A DNA stretch of 63,047 bases, filler included, from Cercozoa sp. M6MM (taxonomy: Eukaryota; Protista; Endomyxa: Ascetosporea), in the NCBI GenBank assembly GCA_040357565.1. It is 8 parts of 8 records of this genome, joined end to end, with 100 filler letters (N's around TTAATTAATTAA, not from the genome) between each part and the next. Parts side by side here need not be neighbours in the genome. Positions count along the whole stretch, not along the records: positions 1 to 6,237 come from JBDODJ010000766.1; positions 6,338 to 20,754 come from JBDODJ010000333.1; 6 more parts are not named here. The stretch is one strand, 5' to 3'. The notes under the pieces were generated by a model. The model ran no database searches and had not been told where the DNA came from. It saw nothing but the letters and a program-made list of their open reading frames with translations. How positions within the stretch are numbered: the first letter of the stretch is position 1; the number at the start of each line of letters is the position of its first letter. Shown piece after piece: positions 1-14,590 of the stretch. The translations under genes were made by a program, and so were the position numbers.

Positions 1-59
1 ATATATATATATATATCGTTTACACACACATGCACATACACGTGTCCGTACGGACCGTA

Positions 60-560
60 CAAACCGATGCGGAAGCAAGCGTACAAACATTCCTGGCGGC
101 GGAACCGGTTGCGACAAGGCGGCGAAACCCTCCGACTGAACGTGCACGTGGCCGATGCTCTATACTATCATTTTGGTGCTGTACCATACAGAACAAAAAA
201 CAGGGGACTACCTCTTGTGGCTGCAGCGTCGTCATCGACCATAAGGGAGCTATGGACAGAACAACATTTTCGACACAGACAGCGCGTAAAGCTTCAATTT
301 ACGTGCTGTGCCCTGCGCCACCTCTTCCTGCGGATTGCCCTGCTTTCACACGAAAGTCAACAGTTACCACAGCGTCAAATACACCATCACGAACAACCAC
401 GATGCAATGGGACACCTGTTCCTTGTCCGGATCGGCTTGTTGCGACATCCTGAGTTTCAAAAACAATCTTGACTACAAGACCACAAAAGTGATTTATCGG
501 CCCAAAAAGTGGGTACCGAAATCGCCAGACTGGGCTATCGTGGCTACAGAATCCAACGGC
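60..560 (-). CDS. Partial multi-exon hypothetical protein running off the contig start
   Basis: GT-AG bounded exons on the minus strand (TTLQPQE|HQNDSIEHRPRARSVGGFRRLVATGSAARNV); no recognisable motif; limits uncertain. Confidence 0.3.
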
Positions 561-834
561 GCACTATGTGATTGGCGCCTGTCTGTCCAAGCACAGAGGC
601 CCTCTTGTTGAAATTTCCAAAACGCCTTTCTTGGAGCGCCGGTGCAAGCAGCAAATGATATAACAATAAAACTACGAGACCTAATGCAGCGCTGCAGTTG
701 GCGACTGCACTGTGCAGGGGTGTCACTGTGGTTTAAATAGAAGTATCTTGGAACAACTCGCAGGTTCGCGAGACGAAACACGGCAGACCGTCCACATTAA
801 TATTTCATTAATATTTCACTCTGCTATTGCCGAC

Positions 835-1627
835 TCAGAGCACGACGGCACGTGGTCCACGTGAGAAAATTCCGATGATGACAAACAACGCAGAGATGCC
901 GAACTGCACCCACGCAGCGATTTCTGCGCATCGGTAGTATTAGTCCCAACGGAGGAAGGAAGGTAGGGAAGGGCGCCAGTTTAAGTGCAGTACCAGTCAG
1001 ATCACGAGACGTCTTGCCACTCACGTAGTTCACGAGCGACAACTATCAAATAGGGTCAACTCATGTAGCTCGGAACAATAAATAGTAAAGGCACCGATTG
1101 AATGGCGAGATACATTGCCGACAGGCCCCAGCCAATCCAACTCTGAAAGCAAACATCGACTCCAAATAACTTAAGGATCACACACTCGCAGTTTGTCGGT
1201 ACGATCAAGAACGGGAAGGTTTGAAACAGCGCATGCGGCTTTTGCAACAGACCGAGGAATAGAATCACTCCTACATGTACAGTACACAGAACGCAGTCTC
1301 ATCATGGAACTTACATGGCACAACAGGGTGCAAACTAAAACAGTTTACCAAGAACAACTTGCAGCAGCAAACCAATCAAGGCAACCACTTGCTCGAAATT
1401 GTTGGTTGGCGCATCGCCCACCATAAGTACGTAGGCGACTACTAGAAAACCACTCGCGCACATGGCGGCAATCTGCGTAATCTTCCACAACAACAGCAGC
1501 GACCTGAACACAGAAGGTGGAACGCAGCAGTAGGCTACCCTGAAGTCCAAGTCTATACAGATTACAGGGCAACTTACTGCGACACTTGTTGCGTGCTGCG
1601 TCTTTCCCCACTCTCTGGGTCCGCCAT
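835..1627 (-). CDS. Small 4-TM membrane protein, COPI-associated/TVP15-like
   Basis: Spliced: MADPESGERRSTQQVSQSLLLLWKITQIAAMCASGFLVVAYVL...VILFLGLLQKPHALFQTFPFLISWIGWGLSAMYLAIQS...EIAAWVQFGISALFVIIGIFSRGPRAVVL*; FPFLxSWxGxG resembles the COPI_assoc motif. Confidence 0.55.
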
Positions 1628-1904
1628 TGTAGAAACTCTCGAAACTGCAAATAAATAAATAGCACAACAAAAACAAGCGGAATCGGGCAATCGACCACCG
1701 AAAACACTACCTTCTACAGCAGACTGCCACACCGAGACCAGACTCTAAAAACGTTGGGGAACTTCAAAAAATCGCCTTTGCTTGTTGTTTGGTCGCGATG
1801 ATCGGCTGTCGGCTCACCACCATAGATTTTGGAGCCAGAAAAAAATCAAGTGATAGAACGGCCGCCATAGAGTCTGCTAGTGTGTCTCTACGCGGTTTGT
1901 CATA

Positions 1905-2418
1905 ATGTCTGGCGCTCAGCACACCAACAGCGGTCGCAAGATCTACGCGCCCGAGCTCACGGTGTAGGTTATCTTTTAGGTTTTGGGAACAAGCCTGCGT
2001 GCTTGTGGTGCTCTTACTTCATTTTGTGTCGGCAGGTACATGGAGAAGAAGCTTCGGTGTACGTTCATTCAGAAAATAGCAAAATTCGACGAGTGATTTT
2101 TGTGTTTCGATAATTGTTGTTGTGCAGTGAAGCTCAACAAGAACCGCACGATGGAGGGTGTGCTCCGTGGCTACGACAACTTTATGAACATCGTGCTTGA
2201 CGAGGCCGTGGAGATCGTGGCGCCCAAAGACGCCGACGAGGAGCCGCAGCGACACGACTGCGGCATGGCTGGTACACTCTGCTGAACATGCTTGCGTGTG
2301 TGTGCGTGCGTGTGCACATCGCATGCATCACAGGTGTTGTAAGTGGGTGTGTATGTGTGTGTTTGTAGTGGTGCGTGGCGCCAGCATCATCTCCATCCAG
2401 TGCCTCGAGAACATCTAG
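1905..2418 (+). CDS. SNRPG: snRNP Sm core protein G
   Basis: Four exons: [42 protein letters not shown]...GMAVVRGASIISIQCLENI*; Sm1/Sm2 motifs and PEL N-terminus typical of SmG. Confidence 0.9.
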
Positions 2419-2451
2419 AAACTCCAAGTTGTCCGAACTGAAGTAGACGAG

Positions 2452-2633
2452 AGCGCGCGGCGTATAGTTAGTTGAGTCTTCTAGGAAACCAACTATGTAG
2501 TTCCCCTGCACCAGTCTGGGGTGGGTCACAAGAGCATGGCCGTGTCTACCGCCCGCTTAGGGTAGGACCATACAACTCCCCTTTTGACAACCGAAGTCGA
2601 CTTCATGGTTGGTGCTAGCGCGCGGCGTATAGT
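2452..2633. repeat. ~148-bp segment flanked by a perfect 17-bp direct repeat; partly homologous to 27121-27224 (minus)
   Basis: AGCGCGCGGCGTATAGT at 2452-2468 and 2617-2633; three collinear blocks shared with the second locus. Confidence 0.6.
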
Positions 2634-2763
2634 GGATCCCGTCGCGTCCACCGCTTTTAGCCTGGTTTCTAAACTTCTAAAATCAATAAAGTGCTGACAA
2701 CGCAACGCAAGAAAGCTCGAATTTCGGGTTGGGCGCGCAAACAGATACCCAAGCGAGACTAGT

Positions 2764-3506
2764 CTAGTCCATTCCCTCCTGCTGCCGAGCGTCGGCCTCT
2801 TCCTGCAACCGCGTCAGTCTGCGTCGGCGGTTGCTCTTGTTCTGCAGTGCGCGACGCTCGCGGCCCGAGAGGATGGGCACGAGTTTCTTTGATGCCGCCG
2901 GGAACGGATCCAGAGGCGGCAGTGTCATGCGCCACATCGGCGGCAGGTCGACCCAGTGCCGTGTGCCGTCCTCGTCGACAACACACTGCTTGTTCTGCAC
3001 AACCTCGTTGGAGTGTTGCCTCTCGTGCTCCGTGTCGACAGCGACGTCGACTTGTGAATCCGTCTCCAGGGTGCCAGCTTCCAGTGTGCCAGCTTCCGGA
3101 GTGTTAGCTTCCGGGGTGCCAGCTTCCGGGGTGCCAGCTTCCTCAGTATCTGTCTCTTGCGTGCCAGTCTCCTCGGTGACCTCTGTGTCATCTGTGTCTC
3201 CGCGCTGCCGCAGCATGCGACGGCGCTTGCGTTCGCGGCGACGCTGCTTGAGTCGCTGCGCGCGCTGCTTGCGGTAGAGCTCCTCGTCGAGCTGGATGGC
3301 CGGGCCCGTGTCCTCGTGCAAGTGCTGGCCCGACTCGACGTCGTCCAACACGAAGCGACCAAAATGTCCGCGGTGCAGCAGCGACAAGAACCTGCAAACA
3401 CAGGTAGCACTCAGGATATACACGATAGGTAAGTAGGTAAAAAGATAGAGACAGGTAGATAGATAGATAGGTAGATAGGTAGATAGATAGATAGATTGAT
3501 TTATAA

Positions 3507-3562
<56 letters not shown>

Positions 3563-5497
3563 AGGATAGACAGATAGATAGATATACAGATAGATAGATA
3601 GATAAATAGAGATAAGCATATACACGAATGATGGACAGGGGAGTCCAAGATAGTCCAAGATAGCAGTGCTACTTTTGTGCAGCCGCCGCCATGTTGATCT
3701 CGCCGCCTGTGGCACGTGGAATGCGCCAGCGATGCGCGAGTGCTCGCAGTGCCTAGGCAGGGCTCGGGAGGTCAGAGAAACTGGGCTCAAAAGTAGAGTG
3801 TGACAGTGGTACAGCATCGAACTCAGTCGATGTGCTGGGGGCCTCACTGATTCTGTGTCGTTGATACAGACAAAATAAACCGCGTCGAGCACAAGCACAC
3901 ACAAGAGAGGAAGTACGTGCTTTCTCGAATGCCGGCAATCTTGGGCCTGTGCGACATTGAGAGTGCTCAGGAGTAAGAAGTCACGCAGCAACAGGGATGA
4001 AGAACACACCAGTTGATGCCTAATCGGTTGAGCTGCCACGAAGCATACTCGGCGACGATTTCGGCCTCGCACCGGTCCTGAAGAGAACGCACACATGCAA
4101 GGTGGAACATGCAAAGTAGAACATGCAAGGTAAAACATGCAAGGTAGAACACGCAAGATAGAACATGCAAGGTGGAATAATGAGAAACAGCGAGAGCACC
4201 TCCTTAACAGTTTCGCACAGCTGCAGGTGCAAGGCACTGCAGCAGCCAACGCCATGAGTTCAGTGCAAGCACAAGCAGAGCGAAATTGACAGAGAATGAG
4301 TACGCTGTCGCATTCTGAACACGCGGCACCATGACACCCGGCGTGTCAATCATCTGTACAGAGATTAGAAATTAACGAATCAAGAAGGCAGGCCAAGGTG
4401 CGTGGTACAAAGATCTTTGGCTGCTCCGACACCATGAAGCCTGACATGGAACGCGTCAGACCCGGCGTGTTTCCGACCTGTGAACTCAGAAGAAGCAACA
4501 TACATGGGAGGGAGAGAGAGAGAGATGCAGAAGCAGCGCCTACCGTAGGCTTGCCTCGGCCGCGTAGGTTGCTACGGAGGGTCTTGATGACCGACGACTT
4601 GCCGACGTTGGGCACACCGCAAAGCATCTGTCCATGCAACGATAAGGGTAACAAATGAACTAACCACTTTTAAAAAGGTAAGTGGATCGTACGACAATCG
4701 TTGGCAAAGATTTGAACGACGATTTGCCCTTCTTCTCGATGGATCGGATCAAACCTGAAGCGCCCGTTCAGTTGGTACACACTTCATCCAGCTTTGTTTC
4801 TGTCATACCTCTAACCGAATTGAAGTCTTTTGAATCGGCAAAGTAGACCACATCCTACCTCGAATGCACAACAAGCCCCCGTCACAACAGGCCCTCATGG
4901 ACAGAAGAAGACACGGTTTAAAGGACAGTCTACATCAGGAGTGAGACTGCGCAAGTACTCGCGCTCTTTGTCAGAAAGACCGGCGAGATCTTGTTTGCCG
5001 TACATGATGATGCGGGGCTTGTTGCGAATCACGTGCTGCCTCGCAAGCAAACACATCATCGGAAGAAAGAATGTAAGGTTTTCAAGGGTACCGAGAACTC
5101 AAAGTTCGCCGTACTAAGCGGAGCACGTGCGTCACGAATCTCAACAACCACGTGTGCTTGCTTAACGCGCGACTCAGTCATCTCACGCACCGTCTTGATC
5201 ATGTGACCCGGGAACCTGCCGGGTGTGCGCATCACCGATATTGAGAATTCAAGTGGATACCTGAGCTACCAGTTAAGTTGCAGACGACGTGCGTTGTTCG
5301 CAAAGAAACCCGCGACAACCGGTGGCATCGGAAGGTCCGGTTGGGGCTCCTCCAGGTCCTTGAGTCTCCTGCAAGACATGTGTCGTGAAGTGCATTTTGC
5401 AGATCAGCTTGGTTTTATTGGTATCCTACTCCCATCGAGGACGCGCGCGAATGCGCGGTACAAGCTTGGCAAACGCACGCCTCTGCAGTGCCCACAT
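2764..5497 (-). CDS. MTG1: Mitochondrial ribosome-assembly GTPase, RbgA/YlqF family, with long C-terminal extension
   Basis: Arg-rich presequence MWALQRRAFAKLVPRIRARPRW; NWFPGHM; VVVEIRDARAPLS; GVPNVGKSS; VGNTPGLTR; IDTPGV; C-terminal HRGHFGRFVLDD. Confidence 0.9.
3426..3612. repeat. (AGAT)n microsatellite in an MTG1 intron
   Basis: Directly visible tandem AGAT. Confidence 0.95.
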
Positions 5498-5730
5498 GCG
5501 ATCGCCTGACTGCGGCGAAAGCGCGTTCTAATCACCCATGGGCGCGCTGTCGGCTCGGTTGTCCGTTTGTACCGAACTATGTGATTGTTGCACAAGTTGT
5601 TGCAACAAAAAGGCAATGGATTGAGCTATACTATACTCAAACACACAGGAACTATAGCAGGGGCGCTCGTTTATTTCTAATCAGGCTTTTTGCTGAGCCA
5701 AAGAAAGGTCCCAAATCTAGTCGGCGAACA

Positions 5731-6182
5731 ATGAAATGGCGAAGCGCGCGAGCACTGGTTCTCGCTGCCGTCGCACTGCACGTGCGTGCACACGCCGATC
5801 GGCCAGTTTACCATTGGCAAAGTTCTCAGGCGGAGCGAGACCTGGGGTTTAGTGACTTCAGTCGCTTCAAAAACAGTGTTTTCGCTGAAGAAACGCCGAT
5901 TGCAAATGACGCTTTCGATGTACTCAGTTCCTGGTCCTCGTTGAAAATGTATAAAGGATAAGATAAAGCAAGTGGATTGTGTAGAACAAACTGCGACAGA
6001 TATTCGATCATGCACTGCAGCGTGAAGATGGAAGGGAAGTCCTGTGTGGTATAACAATCTCCCATCTTCACACTTATAATTAGTCTGTGCAATGCAGTGT
6101 ACATGCGTGCACTGGGTTGCGCGAACTTTGACATGCTGGCCAAAGAGGCACTTGTGCTGTCCCCGGACAATCGCGTCCGCCT
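5731..6182 (+). CDS. Secreted hypothetical protein, 5' part, truncated by contig end
   Basis: Signal-peptide-like MKWRSARALVLAAVALHVRAHA; in-frame spliced exons NKLRQIFDHALQRED..., VYMRALGCANFDMLAKE... Confidence 0.55.
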
Positions 6183-6235
<53 letters not shown>

Positions 6236-6237
6236 CA

Positions 6238-6337
6238 NNNNNNNNNNNNNNNNNNNNNNNNNNNNNNNNNNNNNNNNNNNNTTAATTAATTAANNNNNNN
6301 NNNNNNNNNNNNNNNNNNNNNNNNNNNNNNNNNNNNN
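6238..6337. other. Artificial contig-join linker N44-TTAATTAATTAA-N44 (also 20755-20854, 29429-29528, 40242-40341, 48598-48697, 52830-52929, 57263-57362)
   Basis: Identical 100-nt cassette with stops in all six frames; genes are cut at each one. Confidence 0.97.
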
Positions 6338-6384
<47 letters not shown>

Positions 6385-6405
6385 TCATGTGTTTCTTCGT
6401 TGGTA

Positions 6406-6970
6406 GAACCCCCTATGGATACGGGCAATATGGCTCGTACCAGCAGCAGCAGCAGCCCTCGTACCAGTACCCGTCGGCACAGCGGCAGACTGGTTATCCT
6501 GCGGCGCGTGCCCAACAGACGGTACCATCTCGGCACAACCATGCTGGTTGTGGACCCCCTGTCTACCTTTGAATGTAGACGCCCGTTACTGTTCAAGTGC
6601 GGCTGCCCGATGGCAGCATGTACTCGGAACAGCACGCGCCTGACTCGCAGCTCTGGTCGCTCTACACGAGGTACTTCAAGCCTTGTGTGCCTTTGTGTCT
6701 ATGCCTATCTGCATGATTCTGTACCGAGGTACCCTGCTCTACTCTTGTGTAGCGTGCAGAGCCGCGCCGTTCGCTGGGGTGGCCGTGCTTTCCGTCTCGA
6801 CTGTGGTACGCTTTGTCCTTTGTATGTTCTTCTGTCTTGTTCTCTGTACGACCGCATGTGCGAGCACAGAGGCACCGATGCGCCGCACCTTCACACAGGC
6901 CGACATGGGCCGCACGTTCCGGCAGCACAACATGCTCTCGTTCGCATCCTTCCGTGTCGTGCCGATCTAA
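6406..6970 (+). CDS. UBX-domain protein, 3' part
   Basis: TPVTVQVRLPDGS...LWSLY...PMRRTFTQADMGRTFRQHNMLSFASFRVVPI* follows the UBX pattern; preceded by Q/Y/G low-complexity sequence. Confidence 0.7.
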
Positions 6971-7216
6971 CGTGAAGCCGCCTATGTTGCTGCCACGGCT
7001 ACGGCACTTAATTTAACTTAAAGGGTCTGCTGTGCAATGGAGTCACCGCACTGGCAGCGCAGCGTAGGTTGAAGTAACTTGCGTTGTGCGAAAATAATAT
7101 TGTGTACCCGAGTGAATTAACGCACGGTAATTATTAGCTATCTAAAGCGAAACTGAAGTGTATCAAGGCGTGCAAGTGCACCGTGCCCAACGCGAGCACT
7201 CGACTGGCAGCGACTC

Positions 7217-8869
7217 CTACTTCTCGTACAGGTGTCGGAGATCGACCGTGTTGCGGCCGAGGTCAAGGTCAATCTTGCCGGCGTAGGAACTGCGTCAAAC
7301 CAATTGGTGCACGCACTGGCACAATAAGGAACACTAGTACCCGCGCTTGCGCTTGGTCTTCTCCTTGCGGAAAGCGTCACCGCGCGTGTGCGTCATCCGT
7401 TCCTCGGCCTTGGCGGCCCAGGTGCCCTGCAAAACAAATGAGATGCGGGTCTTGTCTTGGGAGTACTACAAGCGGAGCAGTACCGTGCCAGTACGCGAGT
7501 GCTTGGCGAGTGCCTCAATCTTGGGCTTGTACTTGGTGTCGTCCACGCGACGGAACGGCGTCGCCTGCGAGCCCTTCTCACGCTTCTTCGGTGCCTGCAG
7601 AAGGTCAGGGTACCAGGGAAGCATGGTCGATATGAGGGTGTCAAAAGATATACCAGCTTGGGCTGCCAGGCAGCGACAGCGCTCCAGTCTTGTTTCTTCT
7701 GCGGCTGTTGCGGCTCGTCGTCGGACGAGTCGCTGTCGCTGTCGCTGTCGCTGCTGTCGGACGAGTCGTCCGAGGAAGAGTCACTATCCGAGGAAGAGTC
7801 GCTGTCGGAAGAAGAGTCGCTGTCGGAAGAAGAGTCACTGTCCGAGGAAGAGTCGCTGTCCGAGGAAGAGTCGCTGCTGTCGCTGTCCGACGAGCTCTCG
7901 TCCTACGGACACAGATATAAAATAGCAGTCCAAATACAGGCGAAGCAGGAGAGATATCTACCGAGGAGGAATCGGAAGAGTCGCTGTCGCTGCTGTCGTC
8001 CGACGACGAATCATCCGACGAAGAGTCGTCCGAAGACGAGGAGTCGTTTGAGGAAGCAGTCTCCTGCAAGTACAACTGTAAGATACTCTCTTCCACTTAA
8101 TACTCTCGAAGTACCGAGTACTCGCGCGACACGACGGTCTCACCGGCCTGCGTGACAGCAGCACCGGCGGCAGTGCGCTGACGCTTGCGTGGCGGTTCTT
8201 CGATATCCTCCTCTTCCTCTTCCTCCTGCTGCTGCTGTTGCTCGACCTCTTGCTGTTCTTCGTCCTCACAGCTGCTGTCGCTGTCATCGCTGCTGCTGTC
8301 GTTGTCATCGCTGCTGCTGTCGTTGTCATCGCTGCTGCTGCTGTCGCTGTCATCGCTGCTGCTGCTGTCGCTGCTGCTGGCATCAGCGGCCTCTTCGCCA
8401 TCGTCGACCTCCATGGGCGTTGGAGTAGACACCATCTCTTGCTGCTCGGCCTCCGGCTCGGAGTCGCTGGAGTCGCTGGAGTCACTGTCGCTGGAGTCAC
8501 TGTCGCTGGAGTCGCTGGAGTCACTGTCGCTCGAGTCGCTGGAGTCACTGTCGCTGGAGTCACTGTCACTGGAGTCACTGTCGCTCGAGTCGCTATCGCT
8601 CGAGTCACTGTTGCTGGGCGAAGACATGGTCTCCTCCTCAGCTGCGGCACCGTCCTGTGACACAGATCCAAATATCCACGAGAAGGGAAGCGAAAATGCG
8701 TTCGTGTCAAAGTTACAGTGTTCTGGCGTTCGGCAACAAGCTGCTGCAGTTGCTCCACCGTCAGCAGTTCTGCCGCTTTCAGTACGCCTTTGACGCGATC
8801 TTCGTGGCTGGAGAGCGCGGTCAGCGCCTCCACGCGCACGCGCAGCGCAGCTGCGTCGACCTCCGACAT
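7217..8869 (-). CDS. SRP40: Nucleolar phosphoprotein SRP40/Nopp140 (NOLC1)-like
   Basis: Long S/D/E repeats plus the SRP40 C-terminal domain: TPFRRVD...GTWAAKAEERMTHTRGDAFRKEKTKRKRGSYAGKID. Confidence 0.85.
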
Positions 8870-9222
8870 CCCCGATCAAATGGGCCCAAAAATACGTGCG
8901 GACTGCTCCTTACGAGCCTTCGTAGAAGTAGCACGACGTAAAAAGTCAACGCACACGGAAGCACACTGTCGCAGCGCGCAGCGCACCAGCCTCTCGCGTG
9001 GGCTCAGTATATCTGTTGATCCCATTTCATAGAATGAGCCGATAACTGTGCGCGGTCAGCCGGTGATACAGTGCCATATACTGTGTGCAATAGAACCGAG
9101 CAGTTGTATCGCGATTCTTCGGCACTGTTGTGTGTGGGTTTTGCTGTCTTCGATCAAAAAACGAGCTTTATTGGCTTTATGCACCGAGCTTTTTTGATTC
9201 TGTTCATGTGTTCGCAGAGGGA

Positions 9223-11874
<2,652 letters not shown>

Positions 11875-12379
11875 CGTAGCTTTGATATGTATGGGTATTA
11901 TGGTACCCCATGGCCACTCACCACGCTAGCCATGCCTCACGACCGGACTTAGTCGAGTAGCCCTTCATGTCCATGGGCTGCTTTGCATCCACCGGCACCA
12001 GTCGCGTTGCCCAATCGAAGCATGCAAACTAAGTTTTAAGCCGAAGCACCGTGATGCTTGAGTGGGTGCGGTGCGACAGATAGGGTTATCTCGAAGTACC
12101 GTACACTAAGATAATTCCTTAATTTTTGTCCAGTTGTGGAAGAGCCGTTTTTTCAATTTTCCACATCAGAGGCTAATAGACTGTAGATTCGCTCAGTTTT
12201 ATTGCAGATGCCCCACCGGCAATATTTAGACAAGCAACTGAATCGAGGACTTACATGTACTAGGGTTATTCGCAGACACAGTCAGTACAGTCCGGTACGG
12301 GAACATGTCAGCGTATCAGCCTTGAAGGATTCCGTCTCGACAGTCAGTTGGCTCCAATTTTAGTAGAACCAAACTGTGA

Positions 12380-14430
12380 CCCTCAGTTTGCCTGGTCCAA
12401 TCGATCGAACACTGCCCGTTCTAGTCCAGTCGCTGGCAGACACCTTTTGAACCTAGTCGCTCACAAATACAACTATTGATGATTTAAATATTTCTGATCA
12501 GGATGTGCACGATGTGCTGTAAAGTGCTAGTACAGTACACGTATGTACAGTGCTGGTGCAGTACACGTATTGTTATAGACCTGTACCATGACGGGATAGT
12601 TCTGGTGTAGGTGATTCAACAGTTGGTTCTCAAACGTTGAACGCCACGCTACATTATTCATTTGCATTTTATATACCAGAGCATAAAGTAAGCTTTCTGT
12701 CACGATAAGCACAATCGATACAGTTAATACAACAAAGCAGGAAAGGTGGTTATACACGGACACGCCCGATCCAAAGCCACCAACAGATCACGGCTAGAAT
12801 TGAGCACACTCTAAATTATATTTCGTATTTCACTCCGTATAGATTCGACATCGAATCGCGTATTAGTGAATCAGTAAATTAAGTCTTAGCTGGAATGGAA
12901 AAATTTACCAAGAACTCAGTTCAAGAGTGACTGCATCACAGGCTTTGTCTGCTCTCTGCTCGTCTCTGTGCCGCTCTGACAGCCGGTCGGTCACAATGTG
13001 CAATAGCACCGACACTAAGGTCTTGTCGTCTGACAGTCGGAAGATTACAATACTCTCCAAATTGACGCATCCAGCACTACTATGTAGTTACCGCAGACAA
13101 CAGCCTCATTTTCGTTGTACGAACGCAGCAACAGATTCTTCCGATGATCTTCACTGTGGTAATCCTACCCAAGACAGGACGTATAGTACGACGCTTTCAG
13201 TTTCGATCATATTTCAAGGCCATCGTTGCACAGTCTCGGATACTATTATAAGAAAATTGTGAAATGATGTAAGGTACCATCAAAGCAAATCCGACCCGCT
13301 CGGCGAACGGTGCTGTCCCCAGAAGGTAACGCAGATGCAAGCGCAGCTCCTAACGAAACTCATAACTACAGTGCGGTATGGAGAGGCTCCGGTACTTTCA
13401 TTGAACACTTGTTGAGTAGGGACTGTGTGTAGCAAAGTTTCACGACCTCAGATGTCGTCTCGTCAAATAACACCCGTGTGTTGGTGTCGTTCAATAGAGT
13501 GTCTATTCTGTTTGAATACAGTGCTTGAGTACCAGAGTAGTATTGAACTCAAATAATGAACTACAGTTCGAACGGGATCGAGCGCTCGACAGACACGCAC
13601 TTTTTCGTGCGATCGCACTTGTACAACGAGCCAAAAACAGTCAATCCAAGCCGTTTGTCATCTGGAAGATATGAATTCTATTTGATAGAAACATATTGGG
13701 ACTTTCAATGCGTACTTTGGTATTATTCTCACTCAACACAACACCGATTTACACCATGTGAGTATCAGACAGCACAATTAAGTACCGAGCAATGACTCAT
13801 CCGAGAAGAAACGTTCAACGCGGAGCCCAACATGCGGCAACTCCAGTGCCACTTCGCGCTGATTCATGTAAGTTTACATAAATTACAGAATGTGAAAACA
13901 ACATAAATTTAGTGTTGTGGGTAAATATCCAATTTAAGTTTACAGCACTGGGTTCAGTAATTTACATCTTCAGAAACCGAAGTGGAATTAGTGCCCGAAT
14001 TTGCAAGGTCACGGCTACTGGCGGTGTTGCCATCTCCCTACCAGTGAGACATGAGGGTGTCCAAGCGGCTCACTCAGCTGAAAGGTATTGGATGAGATAC
14101 TGATGACATGATTGAGTGTAGAACAACGCTGTTCTCTAACTTTCTTCAAGTGTATGAGAAGCTGAAAACCTTTTGTTGCCTGCTAAAGGCAGCTCGGGGT
14201 TTCAGTTCTTTCATTATACGATATAGTGGACAAAAGTTTGAGTGTAAATTAGACAAACAAACTGCTACGACGTCTCTACTCGTACTGGATACATTTTTTT
14301 TTTTGTGCTCCCAGCCTAGAACAACATGTACCTCGAGCAGAAGTACGCCTTCTAAACGTTCCTCCACGTAGATCGACTGAACTGCTGACTTGACGACTCG
14401 CTCTGCTCCCTGCTCCCGACAGCCTCTTTG
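12380..14430 (-). CDS. Multi-exon hypothetical protein
   Basis: Several GT-AG bounded open exons (ELRLHLRYLLGTAPFAERVGFALM; VIFRLSDDKTLVSVLLHIVTDRL; WRSTFENQLLNHLHQNYPVMVQ); ends not resolved. Confidence 0.4.
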
Positions 14431-14590
14431 TACGCGAAATAAATTAAAAGACGGTTGATACAGACTGCGTTTTTTAGAAACACGATGACCGACAGACAGA
14501 CTCGACTCGCGTCAACGGACGTTTCGGCACAGCACGGATGGCACCTGACCACGCCAAAAACCGGAGACCCGCGTCTGAGCGGCGACCACG

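Noticed and set aside
2468-2497. TTGAGTC...GGAAAC resembling a hammerhead ribozyme core
   Set aside because: Lacks CUGANGA and a proper stem II/GAAA junction in both copies
3188-4255. Long ORF-track products such as IYLSIYLS, CVCVCV, THTHTH and FFLLLFF (also 39389-39961)
   Set aside because: Translations of intronic microsatellites or antisense frames, not proteins
6282-6293. Recurrent palindrome TTAATTAATTAA (seven copies)
   Set aside because: Always centred in an identical 100-nt N cassette: artificial six-frame-stop linker. Adjacency across linkers is meaningless.
7690-8640. Regular 15-18 bp repeats resembling an array or CRISPR
   Set aside because: No unique spacers; they encode the S/D-rich repeats of SRP40
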